A stretch of 64,000 nt of DNA from Candidatus Dojkabacteria bacterium. GTDB lineage: Bacteria; Patescibacteriota; Dojkabacteria; B142; OLB20. A model generated the notes under the pieces. The model worked only from the letters and a program-made list of their open reading frames with translations, did not search any database and was not told where the DNA came from. The stretch spans positions 768,845-832,844 of the forward strand of contig CP129475.1 of assembly GCA_030583785.1 (NCBI GenBank). The letters run 5' to 3'. Positions 19,591-29,535 of this stretch are shown here, in pieces (within the stretch, counting starts at the first letter, position 1; the number at the start of each line of letters is the position of its first letter). The translations under genes and the position numbers were made by a program.

Positions 19591-20344
19591 TGGCCAAAGA
19601 TTTATAAGCTTGTGCACCTTGTGATAATGGATCATAATCCGAGATTGCTTTTCCGTGAGAAGGAGCTTCTGATAATCTTACATTTCTGGGAATTATTGTT
19701 CTAAATACTTTGTCTCCGAAAAACTTTTGTACTTCTTCTGTAACCTGTTTTGCCAGATTTGTTCTTGAATCGTACATGGTAAGAATAACGCCTCCTATCT
19801 CTAAGCGAGAGTTAAGTCTGTTCTTTACAATTTTGATCGTGTTAATGAGTTGACCAAGCCCTTCTAGAGCAAAGTATTCTGCTTGTACCGGTATGTAAGC
19901 CTGATCGCTTGCGGTTAGAGCGTTAATTGTAAGTATCCCAAGTGAAGGCGGACAGTCGATAAAGATAAAGTCAAAGCTGTCTTTTACTTTTGCCAAAGCA
20001 CCCTTTAGAATAGATTCTCTGGATAGCGCTGATACGAGCTCAACTTCTGCCCCAGCCAATTCTATTCCCGCAGGTGCCAAGAATAGATTGTTATAAGGGG
20101 TCGCTAGAAAAATCTGGGATATGTCCATATCTCCGGTAAGAACATCGTAAACAGTGTTACTTATCTTTTTTTCTGCTCCATTTTGAACTGTCATCCCAAA
20201 ACCTAAGCCTGATGTTAGGTTAGATTGTGGGTCAAGATCGACAAGGAGAACTTTTTTACCCTTTTCGGCCATGAACACACCTAGATTAATAGTTGTGGTC
20301 GTTTTTCCGACTCCTCCTTTTTGGTTGATTATTGAGATTATCAT
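19565..20344 (-). CDS. parA: Chromosome partitioning ATPase ParA/Soj
   Basis: Deviant Walker A IINQKGGVGKTTTTINLG. Its start overlaps the lepB stop (ATGA). Confidence 0.9.
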   Translation of the reverse strand: MIISIINQKGGVGKTTTTINLGVFMAEKGKKVLLVDLDPQSNLTSGLGFGMTVQNGAEKKISNTVYDVLTGDMDISQIFLATPYNNLFLAPAGIELAGAEVELVSALSRESILKGALAKVKDSFDFIFIDCPPSLGILTINALTASDQAYIPVQAEYFALEGLGQLINTIKIVKNRLNSRLEIGGVILTMYDSRTNLAKQVTEEVQKFFGDKVFRTIIPRNVRLSEAPSHGKAISDYDPLSQGAQAYKSLANEVAQKYQ

Positions 20345-21003
20345 TGATTACTGTTTTGTTCTGTAAACTCACCTTGTCTAATAATACCAAATTTGTTTAC
20401 GGGCCAGTATCTGAAGAATACCCGTCCTTTTAGATTAGATCTTGAAACAAATCCAACCTCGATAAATCTTGAATCTTTTGAGTTCTCTCGATTGTCTCCC
20501 ATAAGAAAGTAATGACCGGAAGGAACAACAAGTTCTTCACCTTCGCTAAGAAATGCCTGTGACCTGAAGGGGACACGGGTTCTAGTCGTTGTGGGAATAT
20601 ATCGTTCGTCGATCTTTTGTCCGTTTATGAAAACCTTGTCATCCTCAATTTTAATTCTGTCACCTGGAGTAGCGATTACTCTTTTAATAAGATCTGTGCC
20701 TTTGTTGTCGAATATAACGACATCCCCACGCTTGTAGTTGTAGTCAATGTTTAATGCCTTGGCAATATCGCTGTCACCAAACCACTGAACAACCTTGTTT
20801 GTAAGAAGTAATTCAGTATTTTTAAAATTAGGTTCCATTGATTGACCTTCAACCTGATTGGGGATTGCAATAAACATATAGACAACTACGCTTATTGCCA
20901 AGGCGATAATAACGGTTTGTAATATGTCTACAAAGAAAGCCCTGGCTTTATTAGCGGGCTTGTATTCTATCGGAGTTGCTATTGGTCCTGTTGTTAGTGC
21001 CAT
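20341..21003 (-). CDS. lepB: Signal peptidase I (paralogue 1)
   Basis: Catalytic Ser box GQSMEPNF, a Lys box, and GDNRENSKDSR. Confidence 0.85.
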   Translation of the reverse strand: MALTTGPIATPIEYKPANKARAFFVDILQTVIIALAISVVVYMFIAIPNQVEGQSMEPNFKNTELLLTNKVVQWFGDSDIAKALNIDYNYKRGDVVIFDNKGTDLIKRVIATPGDRIKIEDDKVFINGQKIDERYIPTTTRTRVPFRSQAFLSEGEELVVPSGHYFLMGDNRENSKDSRFIEVGFVSRSNLKGRVFFRYWPVNKFGIIRQGEFTEQNSNQ

Positions 21004-21039
21004 CTTGCTTGCTTAGTATAACTTTAAAACCAAGTGGGA

Positions 21040-21687
21040 TCAATCAAGATTAGTTGTGCCTCTTCCAATGATTCCGAAAGCGTTGAGTGGCCAGTATCTA
21101 AGAAATACCCTTCCAGAAAGATTTTCTGCAGGGACAAAGCCGACATCTGAAAACCTTGAATCTTTGCTGTTCGGTCTATTGTCTCCAAGTATGAAAAAGT
21201 GATCATCTGGAACCACAACTGTTTCTCCTTCGCGAAAAGTCGCTTGTGATCCGAAAGGCATAAAAGTCGGTTTATCTAGTGGATCTATGTAATCTTCGTC
21301 TAGCAGTGTGTCGTTTACATAAACTCTGCCGTTTTCGACCTTAACAAAATCTCCAGATTTAGCAATTATCCTTTTAATAAGAAGAATATCTTCGAAGGGA
21401 AATACAACGACATCGCCTCTATCATAGTCGTAATTTAAGCTTGCCCCGATTGGAGTATTTCTAAACAGGTTTATAGTTTTATCTGTGAACAGTTGTTCTT
21501 TATCGCGGAAGTTTGGTTCCATAGATACTCCGTCAACCTGGTTTGGAAGGAGAATTACTAAATAGAGGAGTACGACAACAACAAGACCAATTGCCAAGAA
21601 TTGAAGTAAATTGACAAATTTGCCACATTTACTGCTTTGTTTTGTTTCGTTGTAAAAAAACTCATTTGTTTTAATATCGGCAGCCAT
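21040..21687 (-). CDS. lepB: Signal peptidase I (paralogue 2)
   Basis: GVSMEPNF and GDNRPNSKDSR, with the same architecture as the adjacent paralogue. Confidence 0.85.
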   Translation of the reverse strand: MAADIKTNEFFYNETKQSSKCGKFVNLLQFLAIGLVVVVLLYLVILLPNQVDGVSMEPNFRDKEQLFTDKTINLFRNTPIGASLNYDYDRGDVVVFPFEDILLIKRIIAKSGDFVKVENGRVYVNDTLLDEDYIDPLDKPTFMPFGSQATFREGETVVVPDDHFFILGDNRPNSKDSRFSDVGFVPAENLSGRVFLRYWPLNAFGIIGRGTTNLD

Positions 21688-21693
21688 TGTTGT

Positions 21694-24600
21694 TTATTCC
21701 TTATTAATTTTCACCATCAGTTTAATTCCATCGAGCACGATTTGTTTCCAATCTTCTGAAACCTCTTTTGATCTGGTAAGTGCTTTTGCACCTGTACCTT
21801 CTTTAAGGGTGTCTTCTAGCAGATTGAACACATTGGCAATATCTGCGTCTTCACAGTAATAATGGAGATTGATCTTGTCACTCAATTGTAGACCAGTTTG
21901 TTTTCGCAAGTCTTGGACATGCCTGATTATTTCGCGAGCTATTCCTTCGCGTTTTAGCTCTGCGCTAATGTTAAAATCGACTGCTATCTTAATGTTCGCC
22001 TGCTCGTCTTCGGCGAGAACCCAGCCTTCTGATGTAGTAATTTCTTTTTCCTCGTCCACGGTTTTAATGTTTAGCTCTTCACTTATCAGATTCTTCATCC
22101 ATTCCTCTATCTCGAAATTTCTTGAAGGTTCTGAGTCAGACTTAATCTCTATCTCTGACAGAGGCTGTCGAACTTTAACGCCATGTTTTACTCGAAGAGC
22201 TTGACCAAGAGCAACTATGCTTCTGACTTTTTCCATTTGCATAAGTATCAAGTCTGACTTCTCAAGAAAGTCCTTGTCTGTTTCGGGATAATCACACAAA
22301 TGAACAGATTGCGGGATGTTCTGCAATCTTTTTGCACTTAGGTTTAAATAGATCGCCTCTGAAAGGAATGGTGTGAATGGCGCTAGCAATTGAATGTACT
22401 CGTTAAGGACATAATACAAAACATCCATTGCCTGCTGATCTCCGGATGCAAAGCGATCTCGAGATCTTCTTATGTACCATTTTGACAAATCCTCAAGAAA
22501 CATTGGAAGCTCTCTGAGGGCTGCAGGCAGATTGTATTCATTCATGCGTATTCTTACCTCGCGGATGATCATCTGCAACTTTGCTATTATCCATTGATCG
22601 AGTTTGTTGTCAATATTGCTAAATGGTACTTTGTCCCATATCTCGTTTGGATTGTCTGTTTGAGCCTGAACAAGTTCTGCTGATGGTTGCCAATTATGCA
22701 TATTTGCATAGGTAACGAAGAACGAGTAACTGTTCCATAATGGCAGTATAAAGTTCCTAACTTGTTCGCTAATATTTTTTTCGTCGATATTCATGTCGTC
22801 TCCAACCATTAATGGAGAGGCCATTAGATATAATCTCAGGGCTTCTGCTCCGTAGGTTTCGAGGACGCCTTTGGGGTCGGGATAGTTGCCGTAGCTTTTA
22901 CTCATCTTTCTTCCGTCGTTTCCAAAGATGATTCCTGTCGTAACGACATTTTTAAAAGAGGGTTTTTTCATTAATGCTGTTGAAAGAACATGCATAACAT
23001 AAAACCAAGCTCGGGTTTGTCCGATATATTCAACGATGTAATCCGCCGGGTAGCTGGCTTCATACTTTTCTTTATTCTCGAAAGGGTAGTGAACTTGAGC
23101 GTTAGGCATAGAAGCACTGTCCATCCATACATCAAGTACTTCTGGGACGCGGGTAAGCTCTCCATGTTCTCCTTTTAACTTGATGCTGTCGATTTTGGGT
23201 CTATGGAGATCAAGCATCTCGTCTCCTGTAAAGAAGTAGGTTATAAATTCTCCTTTTTTGACCTGCATCATAAGAACCTCGTTTAGGTTTCTTCCTTCAA
23301 CAAAATGTCTGATTAGTGAAATCATTAACTCTGAAGTTGAAGCCAAGATGTACTTACCTTTATTGTTGTCCAGAAAGATCTCGAATTCTTTTCTGAGTTC
23401 GTACAAATGCTCTTTTAGGCTTTGTTGAATATCTGCCTCTGAAAGTGAGCTGACTTCTTCTACACCTTTGCTTTGTAGCAGTTCTTTTAGGGCGTTCTGG
23501 ATTTCGTTTGCTAGAGAAGGGGATCCAAGAAACTGTACTTCTTGAGGTTCGAGTTTATTTCGTTGTGCAAGTTCGGTTAAAGACTGCACGGCATTGCTTC
23601 CCGCAGAAGTTATTATCAGGTCAAACTTCTCGTTTTCAAGTCTATTATTCGTTGTTGCTGCGATTTTTTCGTCATCTGCCAGATTAAGGAACAGAACCTT
23701 AGTTATAGGCTCAATAGATTTTTCGCGAAGTTCATCTCTTGAACCGATAACTATCCTTTCTACAACAGTGCCAGCTTCTTCTCGTTGCCAGACAGGTAAA
23801 GGTGTGCCCCAGAATCTGGTTCTTGAGATGCCCCAATCGGGAGCCATTTCTATTCCTTTCTTAAAGCGTCCGTGTTTTAGATGCGCAGGAACCCAATTAA
23901 TCTTTTCGTTATTTGCCAGAAGCTCTGGCTTCATTTTCTGAATGTTTATGAACCACGAGTGTTGAGCTCTTTGGATGAGAGCTACTCCTGATCTTGGCGA
24001 GAATGGGAACCGATGAATAATCCTTTCGCTTTTGAATAGAATATTCTTATTCTTTAGGTCTCTTGTTATGATGCTGTCTGCATCTTTTATGTACATGCCT
24101 GCGTAATCCACAACATAGCTGTTGTATTTGCCTTCGTCATCGATTACATCAACGGCAATGTCTATACCGTTGTCTTTACCCATTTCTGTGTCAATCTCTC
24201 CGAAACCTGGGGCTGAGTGAACAATTCCCGTTCCGTCTTCCATATGTACCATGCCTTCGTACGCATAGACTTTATGGTCATTTTCTTTTGAAGGGATGAA
24301 ATCGAATGGTGGCTGATAAGAAAGCCCAAGTAATATTTCTCCTTTGAAGGTATCTAGCTTTTCGAAATCCATTCTATCAAGAACAGCTTCAATTCTTTTT
24401 TCTGCCAAAATCACCTCTTCGTAAACAACGGCTTTTTCATAGTCGTGAGCTTCTTGAACAAAAGCGTCGTTTATGGCTTGAACTTGAGAGATATCGAGTC
24501 CGGCAATTTTGGGTGGATAGATACCTTCGCTGTCTGTAACTTCTTTACCAAACCAGCTAGGCGGAACAAATTGATTTGCAGCTTTTGCACTTGGAAATTC

Positions 24601-25746
24601 GACTTCAACAACAGTTAAGCCGGATAAGTTGTTTTGATAAACATCAATCTCTGCGGTCAGCTTTTCGTCTAACGGATAATAGTATCTAACTTTTACAACT
24701 TTGTTTTGCGCCTTTTTAATAAGCTCAACATATTTATCTTTACTGATTTCTTCTGTGTTCTCAAGAAGACTACCTGTTGTATCTGATCCCCTTGCAAATG
24801 ACTTTTTTGTAAGTTCATATTTGTTGTCGATTTTTCTAATTCGGACATCTTTATAAACTACACCATCAGTTTCGTCGTAACTTTCGAGATATGCCTGCGT
24901 TATTTGTGATTGTTTAGCTTTTTTAATGTCTGCCGGAAGCTCATTGAGCAACCAAGCTCGTTCGATTTCGCTATCAAGTCTCGCAACTTTAACTAGACAA
25001 TAGTTTTCTTGTGGATCGACGACAAGTGCCTTGTTGGCAGGTAATGTCCAGGGAGTGGTCGTCCAGGCAAGAATAGACTTGCCTTGCAAGTTACCCTCTG
25101 AAGTTATTGGGAATTTGATCGTAACAGCTGGATCTTCGACATCTCCATAAGAATTATCCATAGCTATTTCGAAGTTCGAGATAGGCGTCCCAAGAATCGT
25201 GTCATACAACGATGTCCTAACTCCTTCGTATATGTAGCCATTTTCGTATAGCTGTTTAAAGTTCCACATAACGGATTCCATGTAGTCTTGATCCATTGTT
25301 TTATAGCTGTTGTTGAAATCAACCCAGCGTCCAATTTTTTCAATGTAGAATCTCCATTCTGCAGAGGTTTCTCTGGTGTATGTGTAGCAGCGGTCGATAA
25401 ATTTTTGTACTCCGTAAGCTTCGATATCTTTTCTGGTCTTAAGTCCTAGTTCTTTTTCTACCTTTGACTCTATTGGCAATCCATGACAATCCCAGCCCCA
25501 GACTCTTTCAACTTTTTTGCCAAGCATTGTCTGGTATCTTGGAACAACATCTTTGGCAATGCTTCCAAGCAGGTGTCCGTAATGTGGAAGTCCGGTAATA
25601 AAAGGTGGTCCATCATAAAAAACATAACTTTCAGAATCGTCGCGATTGGAAATTGATTTTTCGAAGATCGAATTTTCTTTCCAAAAATTATTTATCTTAG
25701 ATTCGAGGTCTGGAAGGTTAAGTTTGGGATTTACCGGATCAAACAT
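21694..25746 (-). CDS. ileS: Isoleucyl-tRNA synthetase (type-2-like), unusually long at 1350 aa with two large insertions
   Basis: HIGH-type motif PHYGHLLGS, KMSKS present, and a CP1 editing region. There are insertions of about 230 aa and about 150 aa relative to typical IleS. Confidence 0.95.
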   Translation of the reverse strand: MFDPVNPKLNLPDLESKINNFWKENSIFEKSISNRDDSESYVFYDGPPFITGLPHYGHLLGSIAKDVVPRYQTMLGKKVERVWGWDCHGLPIESKVEKELGLKTRKDIEAYGVQKFIDRCYTYTRETSAEWRFYIEKIGRWVDFNNSYKTMDQDYMESVMWNFKQLYENGYIYEGVRTSLYDTILGTPISNFEIAMDNSYGDVEDPAVTIKFPITSEGNLQGKSILAWTTTPWTLPANKALVVDPQENYCLVKVARLDSEIERAWLLNELPADIKKAKQSQITQAYLESYDETDGVVYKDVRIRKIDNKYELTKKSFARGSDTTGSLLENTEEISKDKYVELIKKAQNKVVKVRYYYPLDEKLTAEIDVYQNNLSGLTVVEVEFPSAKAANQFVPPSWFGKEVTDSEGIYPPKIAGLDISQVQAINDAFVQEAHDYEKAVVYEEVILAEKRIEAVLDRMDFEKLDTFKGEILLGLSYQPPFDFIPSKENDHKVYAYEGMVHMEDGTGIVHSAPGFGEIDTEMGKDNGIDIAVDVIDDEGKYNSYVVDYAGMYIKDADSIITRDLKNKNILFKSERIIHRFPFSPRSGVALIQRAQHSWFINIQKMKPELLANNEKINWVPAHLKHGRFKKGIEMAPDWGISRTRFWGTPLPVWQREEAGTVVERIVIGSRDELREKSIEPITKVLFLNLADDEKIAATTNNRLENEKFDLIITSAGSNAVQSLTELAQRNKLEPQEVQFLGSPSLANEIQNALKELLQSKGVEEVSSLSEADIQQSLKEHLYELRKEFEIFLDNNKGKYILASTSELMISLIRHFVEGRNLNEVLMMQVKKGEFITYFFTGDEMLDLHRPKIDSIKLKGEHGELTRVPEVLDVWMDSASMPNAQVHYPFENKEKYEASYPADYIVEYIGQTRAWFYVMHVLSTALMKKPSFKNVVTTGIIFGNDGRKMSKSYGNYPDPKGVLETYGAEALRLYLMASPLMVGDDMNIDEKNISEQVRNFILPLWNSYSFFVTYANMHNWQPSAELVQAQTDNPNEIWDKVPFSNIDNKLDQWIIAKLQMIIREVRIRMNEYNLPAALRELPMFLEDLSKWYIRRSRDRFASGDQQAMDVLYYVLNEYIQLLAPFTPFLSEAIYLNLSAKRLQNIPQSVHLCDYPETDKDFLEKSDLILMQMEKVRSIVALGQALRVKHGVKVRQPLSEIEIKSDSEPSRNFEIEEWMKNLISEELNIKTVDEEKEITTSEGWVLAEDEQANIKIAVDFNISAELKREGIAREIIRHVQDLRKQTGLQLSDKINLHYYCEDADIANVFNLLEDTLKEGTGAKALTRSKEVSEDWKQIVLDGIKLMVKINKE

Positions 25747-25788
25747 GAAATCATTTTTGATAAGTTATTTTTTGAATGGCTCATTATA

Positions 25789-25983
25789 TCACTCCGCTGA
25801 TTCTCCTGCAGTCCCACCTTCTTTGCTGGCTCTATAAAGTCTTTCTAGGATAGCCAGAAGGAGGAGTACGAAATCGTCTGCTACTCCGAGTGGTATAAGA
25901 ACATCGGGGATAAAGTCTATCGGCCAGATAAAATAAAGCAACACTAAAATCAAAAGAATATTTCTTTTTAAGAAGTTTTTCAT
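25789..25983 (-). CDS. Small DUF1232 (YkvA-like) membrane protein
   Basis: WPIDFIPDVLIPLGVADDF matches the DUF1232 consensus. It is 42 nt upstream of ileS on the same strand. Confidence 0.5.
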   Translation of the reverse strand: MKNFLKRNILLILVLLYFIWPIDFIPDVLIPLGVADDFVLLLLAILERLYRASKEGGTAGESAE

Positions 25984-26073
25984 AATGCTCTATAATCGCT
26001 TACTGACAGTATGATAACATTTGCACAGAGAGATATGATACTCTGAAGAGTAATTAAATGTTAATAATAATCA

Positions 26074-26337
26074 ATGGCAAACGATGACAGCTCACTTGTA
26101 GATGATTTTAATCAATTGAAAGCAGATGATCCCTCAGCTCAGACAGATGGATTCTATGCAGATGATGTTCAGGCTGCAGCTTTAGCAGACAATCAAATGG
26201 AAGCAGATCTTCTAGTTGAAGACGATGATGTTCCTGTTACTAGCGGAGAAATGGAAATTGGGGATCTTGATTTAGAAAGCGATGAAGTAAGCGAAGACGA
26301 AGAAGCCGTCCCCGGAAGCGATAATGTTATTGGATAA
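26074..26337 (+). CDS. Hypothetical, highly acidic 87-aa protein
   Basis: ORF enriched in D/E and lacking hydrophobic segments. It lies 6 nt upstream of the next gene, so it probably belongs to the same operon. Confidence 0.3.
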   Translation: MANDDSSLVDDFNQLKADDPSAQTDGFYADDVQAAALADNQMEADLLVEDDDVPVTSGEMEIGDLDLESDEVSEDEEAVPGSDNVIG

Positions 26338-26342
26338 AGACC

Positions 26343-27038
26343 ATGGCAGTAAAAAACTATCAAGCAACAGTTTCGATAAAAGAAGAGGTAGCCAAGTCGA
26401 CTTACCTGGTTAGGTTCTCTCTACCAGAAAACGAAACGATGGACTTTCTTCCCGGACAGTTTGTTACAATTGCGGTTGCTCCGAACGCTCGTCGTAGTTA
26501 CTCAATTGCTTCGTCGCCAAGTCATAATACATATGTTGAAACATTCGCAGACACTTTTGCTGGCGGTCCTGGCTCTCAGTTCTTCGAGAATGTAAAAGTT
26601 GGCGATCAGGTATCTTTTCTTGCTCCACTTGGCAAGTTCGTCTATAAGTCTGATAACAAACCAGTCTACTTCTATGCTACGGGAACAGGACTTACGCCAT
26701 TTCTATCCATGATAAGCTATGCGCTCGAAACCGAAGGAACAAAGAGAGACATTTTTCTGAAACAGGGATTTAGAAACGAAGAAAATGTTTTTGCCGAAAA
26801 AATATTAAGCGATCTTTCCGCTCGTTTTCCGAATTTCCATTATGAGATATGCCTATCGCAACCAACCGATGAATGGCATGGTACTAAAGGAAGGATAACA
26901 ACTACAATAGATGCGATTACAGATACTGATATTGATGTATACATCTGTGGAGCAAAGCAAATGATTACCGATGTTGAAACTGCCTTTAAAGAAAAAGGCG
27001 TTCCTCCACAACAAATTTACTATGAGCAGTTCTATTAA
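26343..27038 (+). CDS. FNR-like FAD/NAD(P)-binding oxidoreductase
   Basis: RRSYSIASSP (the RxYS FAD-binding motif) and ATGTGLTPFLSMI (the NAD(P)-binding GTG motif). Confidence 0.65.
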   Translation: MAVKNYQATVSIKEEVAKSTYLVRFSLPENETMDFLPGQFVTIAVAPNARRSYSIASSPSHNTYVETFADTFAGGPGSQFFENVKVGDQVSFLAPLGKFVYKSDNKPVYFYATGTGLTPFLSMISYALETEGTKRDIFLKQGFRNEENVFAEKILSDLSARFPNFHYEICLSQPTDEWHGTKGRITTTIDAITDTDIDVYICGAKQMITDVETAFKEKGVPPQQIYYEQFY

Positions 27039-27867
27039 GGTTTCTTTGCTATTAACTTGTTTGCTGGCTTTCATATTTGGTCTGTTCGTGTTTGTGCGTT
27101 CGTCTTTGGCAATACCTTCGGCCTTTACGATTGGTCCATTGACTATTAGGTATTATGCACTAGCAATAATGGCTGGAGTACTTCTTGCTTTGTACCTTTT
27201 TCATGAGGAGAAAAAAAAGTACAAGCAGTTTTCGTCTTTTCAAACAGAAGACGCTTTGCTGTGGGCGTTTGTACCGGCAATAGTTCTAGCAAGGATCTGG
27301 CACTTCATTGCAGAATATCCCGCATACAGTTCTGATCCGTTGCAAATATTCTTTGTTTGGCAGGGTGGTTTAACAATCATGGGCGCTGTGCTTGGAGGAA
27401 TAATCGGAGCAAGTATATATGCTCGAAAAGTGAATGTGAAACCTCTCGAAATAATTGATTTGGCAATTATATTTGTGCCACTCGCGCAACTGGTAGGCAG
27501 ATTCGGAAACTTTTTCAATCAGGAGTTATATGGCCCGGTAACAAATCTCCCTTGGGGTATGTATATTGACGAAACCAAGCAATTTCATCATCCTGCATTT
27601 TTATATGAGCAGGTACTTAATCTGCTCCTTTTTCAGTTGCTATATCAACTGTATCGCAAGAAAAAATCTCTGGGTAAAGGCATTTATCTAACTGTATATA
27701 TTCTTGGTTATTCGGTGATTCGTTTTAGTCTAGATTTTTTCAGAATGGATAGAAAAATACTTTTTGATTTGACAAGTCCGCAATTGATTGCAATACCTAC
27801 TGCTATTATGGCAATGGTAATTTTATTCAGAATTTGGAATCAGAGTTATGTCTCAAAACAAGCTTAA
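27022..27867 (+). CDS. lgt: Prolipoprotein diacylglyceryl transferase. The track ORF begins at 26971; the likely start is MSSSIKV at 27022.
   Basis: Lgt signature GRFGNFFNQELYG, multiple TM helices, and the LYQLYRKKK basic loop. Confidence 0.85.
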   Translation: MSSSIKVSLLLTCLLAFIFGLFVFVRSSLAIPSAFTIGPLTIRYYALAIMAGVLLALYLFHEEKKKYKQFSSFQTEDALLWAFVPAIVLARIWHFIAEYPAYSSDPLQIFFVWQGGLTIMGAVLGGIIGASIYARKVNVKPLEIIDLAIIFVPLAQLVGRFGNFFNQELYGPVTNLPWGMYIDETKQFHHPAFLYEQVLNLLLFQLLYQLYRKKKSLGKGIYLTVYILGYSVIRFSLDFFRMDRKILFDLTSPQLIAIPTAIMAMVILFRIWNQSYVSKQA

Positions 27868-28825
27868 AATTCTTTTTTTTGGATCGGGTACATTTGCTGC
27901 GCCGATTCTGAGAAAGTTGTTAACGATTGATAATTATGACATTTGCGGTGTTGTAACGCAGCCCGATAGGCCTTCCGGCAGAAGGAAAGAAATGACTGCG
28001 GTGCCAGTGAAAAAATTATTGGATGAAAATGGTTTTGCCTCTGAAAAGATATTCCAGCCAGACAAAATTAAAGATGAGTATGTTCAAATACTAAATAAGG
28101 CAAAGCCGGATTTGATTCTTGTTGCAGATTACGGACAAATTCTTCCGGAGTCGCTACTTGATTTTCCACAATACAAAAGTATTAATGTCCATGCATCACT
28201 CCTTCCTAAATGGAGAGGTGCTGTTCCGATTAATGCTGCCATTCTTGCCGGAGAAAGGACAACTGGAATTACCTTTATGCGGATGACAGCCGGTCTTGAT
28301 GAAGGACCAATGTTATCTAGAAGAGAAGTTCCGATTTCTGAGCAGGATAATAGAGCCACCTTAGAACTGAACCTTGCCCTGCAGGCAAGTGATATGCTCG
28401 AAGATGTAATTGACGGCTGGGTGAACGGCTTACTTGTTGAGCAACCGCAAGACGACTCGTTGGCAACATATGCTCCTGCTTCCTTGATCTCAAAAGACAA
28501 GGCAAGGTTTTCAGTTGATGTGACCCCAGAAGAGCTTCAGAGATTAGTCAGAGGAATGTACCCATGGCCCGTTGCCTGGTGTAACATCTCTTTAGAAGGA
28601 AAGCAGAAGAGGTTAAAAGTTTACCGAGCAGATATTGATAAGGATTTGAATAATGCAGATTCTTCAGAAAAACCCGGAAACATATTTAAAAATTCAGGCA
28701 GATTGTTTCTGAAATTAAATGAAGGGAATATAGAGTTACTGGAATTGCAACTCGAAGGTTTAAAACGAATGCAGGCATCTTCATATCTATACCTGTCTTC
28801 TCTTGAAGAAACATATATACTTTAA
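27848..28825 (+). CDS. fmt: Methionyl-tRNA formyltransferase
   Basis: LKILFFGSGTFAAPIL, the SLLPKWRGAVPI formyltransferase motif, and a C-terminal beta-barrel domain. Confidence 0.9.
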   Translation: MSQNKLKILFFGSGTFAAPILRKLLTIDNYDICGVVTQPDRPSGRRKEMTAVPVKKLLDENGFASEKIFQPDKIKDEYVQILNKAKPDLILVADYGQILPESLLDFPQYKSINVHASLLPKWRGAVPINAAILAGERTTGITFMRMTAGLDEGPMLSRREVPISEQDNRATLELNLALQASDMLEDVIDGWVNGLLVEQPQDDSLATYAPASLISKDKARFSVDVTPEELQRLVRGMYPWPVAWCNISLEGKQKRLKVYRADIDKDLNNADSSEKPGNIFKNSGRLFLKLNEGNIELLELQLEGLKRMQASSYLYLSSLEETYIL

Positions 28826-28827
28826 GA

Positions 28828-29526
28828 ATGTACGAATACGAATTATTTCGATTTCTTGCTAAATGGCGAAAGGCGGGTAAATACCCACCGGCTTCAGCCT
28901 GGCCGGGTTATTTGCAATTCGGCAGTTCCATCTGGGCGACTATTAACAAACTTCACAGCTTTACGGCAACAGATATGCATGAGTACGAGGCAAGTTTTTT
29001 TGCAGAAGGAGAAAAAATCATTACGACAAAACCGATCCGTGGAAGTGAGGCAAGTGTAACAGCGAGCCATTCTTTCCAAGTAAAATATATTCCGGATAAT
29101 GGCAGGGGTGTATATCAAAAACAGGTGATACTTGATGGGTCCGTGATAAATCGCGAGACAGTTTTACCTAACAATGTTCCTCAAGAAATTGTTGCTGGAT
29201 TTTTGTTCAATGTACATACTCACCCTAAGCACTTCAATTCCAATAACGAAGAAACCTATGGATTTTTTTCTCCTGTTGATGTAGGTAGTCTTCTGAAATC
29301 AAAGGCCTACTTAATGGGTCTAGTTACAAGTGAGTTCTGGCTTTGTTGTAAAACGGATAGAGTTATTTCTGAAGTCGGAACCGTTGGTGAAGAAATGTTA
29401 ATGCGTATCACAGAAGAGGCATACTCAGGCAACTCATTTTTAAATGATGTTATTCGCACCGAAATGAAGAACTGGGGACTAATTTTTTATCGGGGTGAGT
29501 TTAACGGCAAACTAATCAGAATCTAA
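28828..29526 (+). CDS. Hypothetical protein with a possible JAB/MPN-like HxH…SxxD metal-binding arrangement
   Basis: NVHTHPKHF…FFSPVD has atypical spacing, so the assignment is weak. Confidence 0.35.
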   Translation: MYEYELFRFLAKWRKAGKYPPASAWPGYLQFGSSIWATINKLHSFTATDMHEYEASFFAEGEKIITTKPIRGSEASVTASHSFQVKYIPDNGRGVYQKQVILDGSVINRETVLPNNVPQEIVAGFLFNVHTHPKHFNSNNEETYGFFSPVDVGSLLKSKAYLMGLVTSEFWLCCKTDRVISEVGTVGEEMLMRITEEAYSGNSFLNDVIRTEMKNWGLIFYRGEFNGKLIRI

Positions 29527-29535
29527 TTCATTTTA

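Noticed and set aside
25984-26073. Direct repeat TATGATA…TATGATA in the DUF1232/acidic-protein divergent intergenic region as a regulator binding site
   Set aside because: Only two 7-nt copies in AT-rich sequence, which is within chance expectation.
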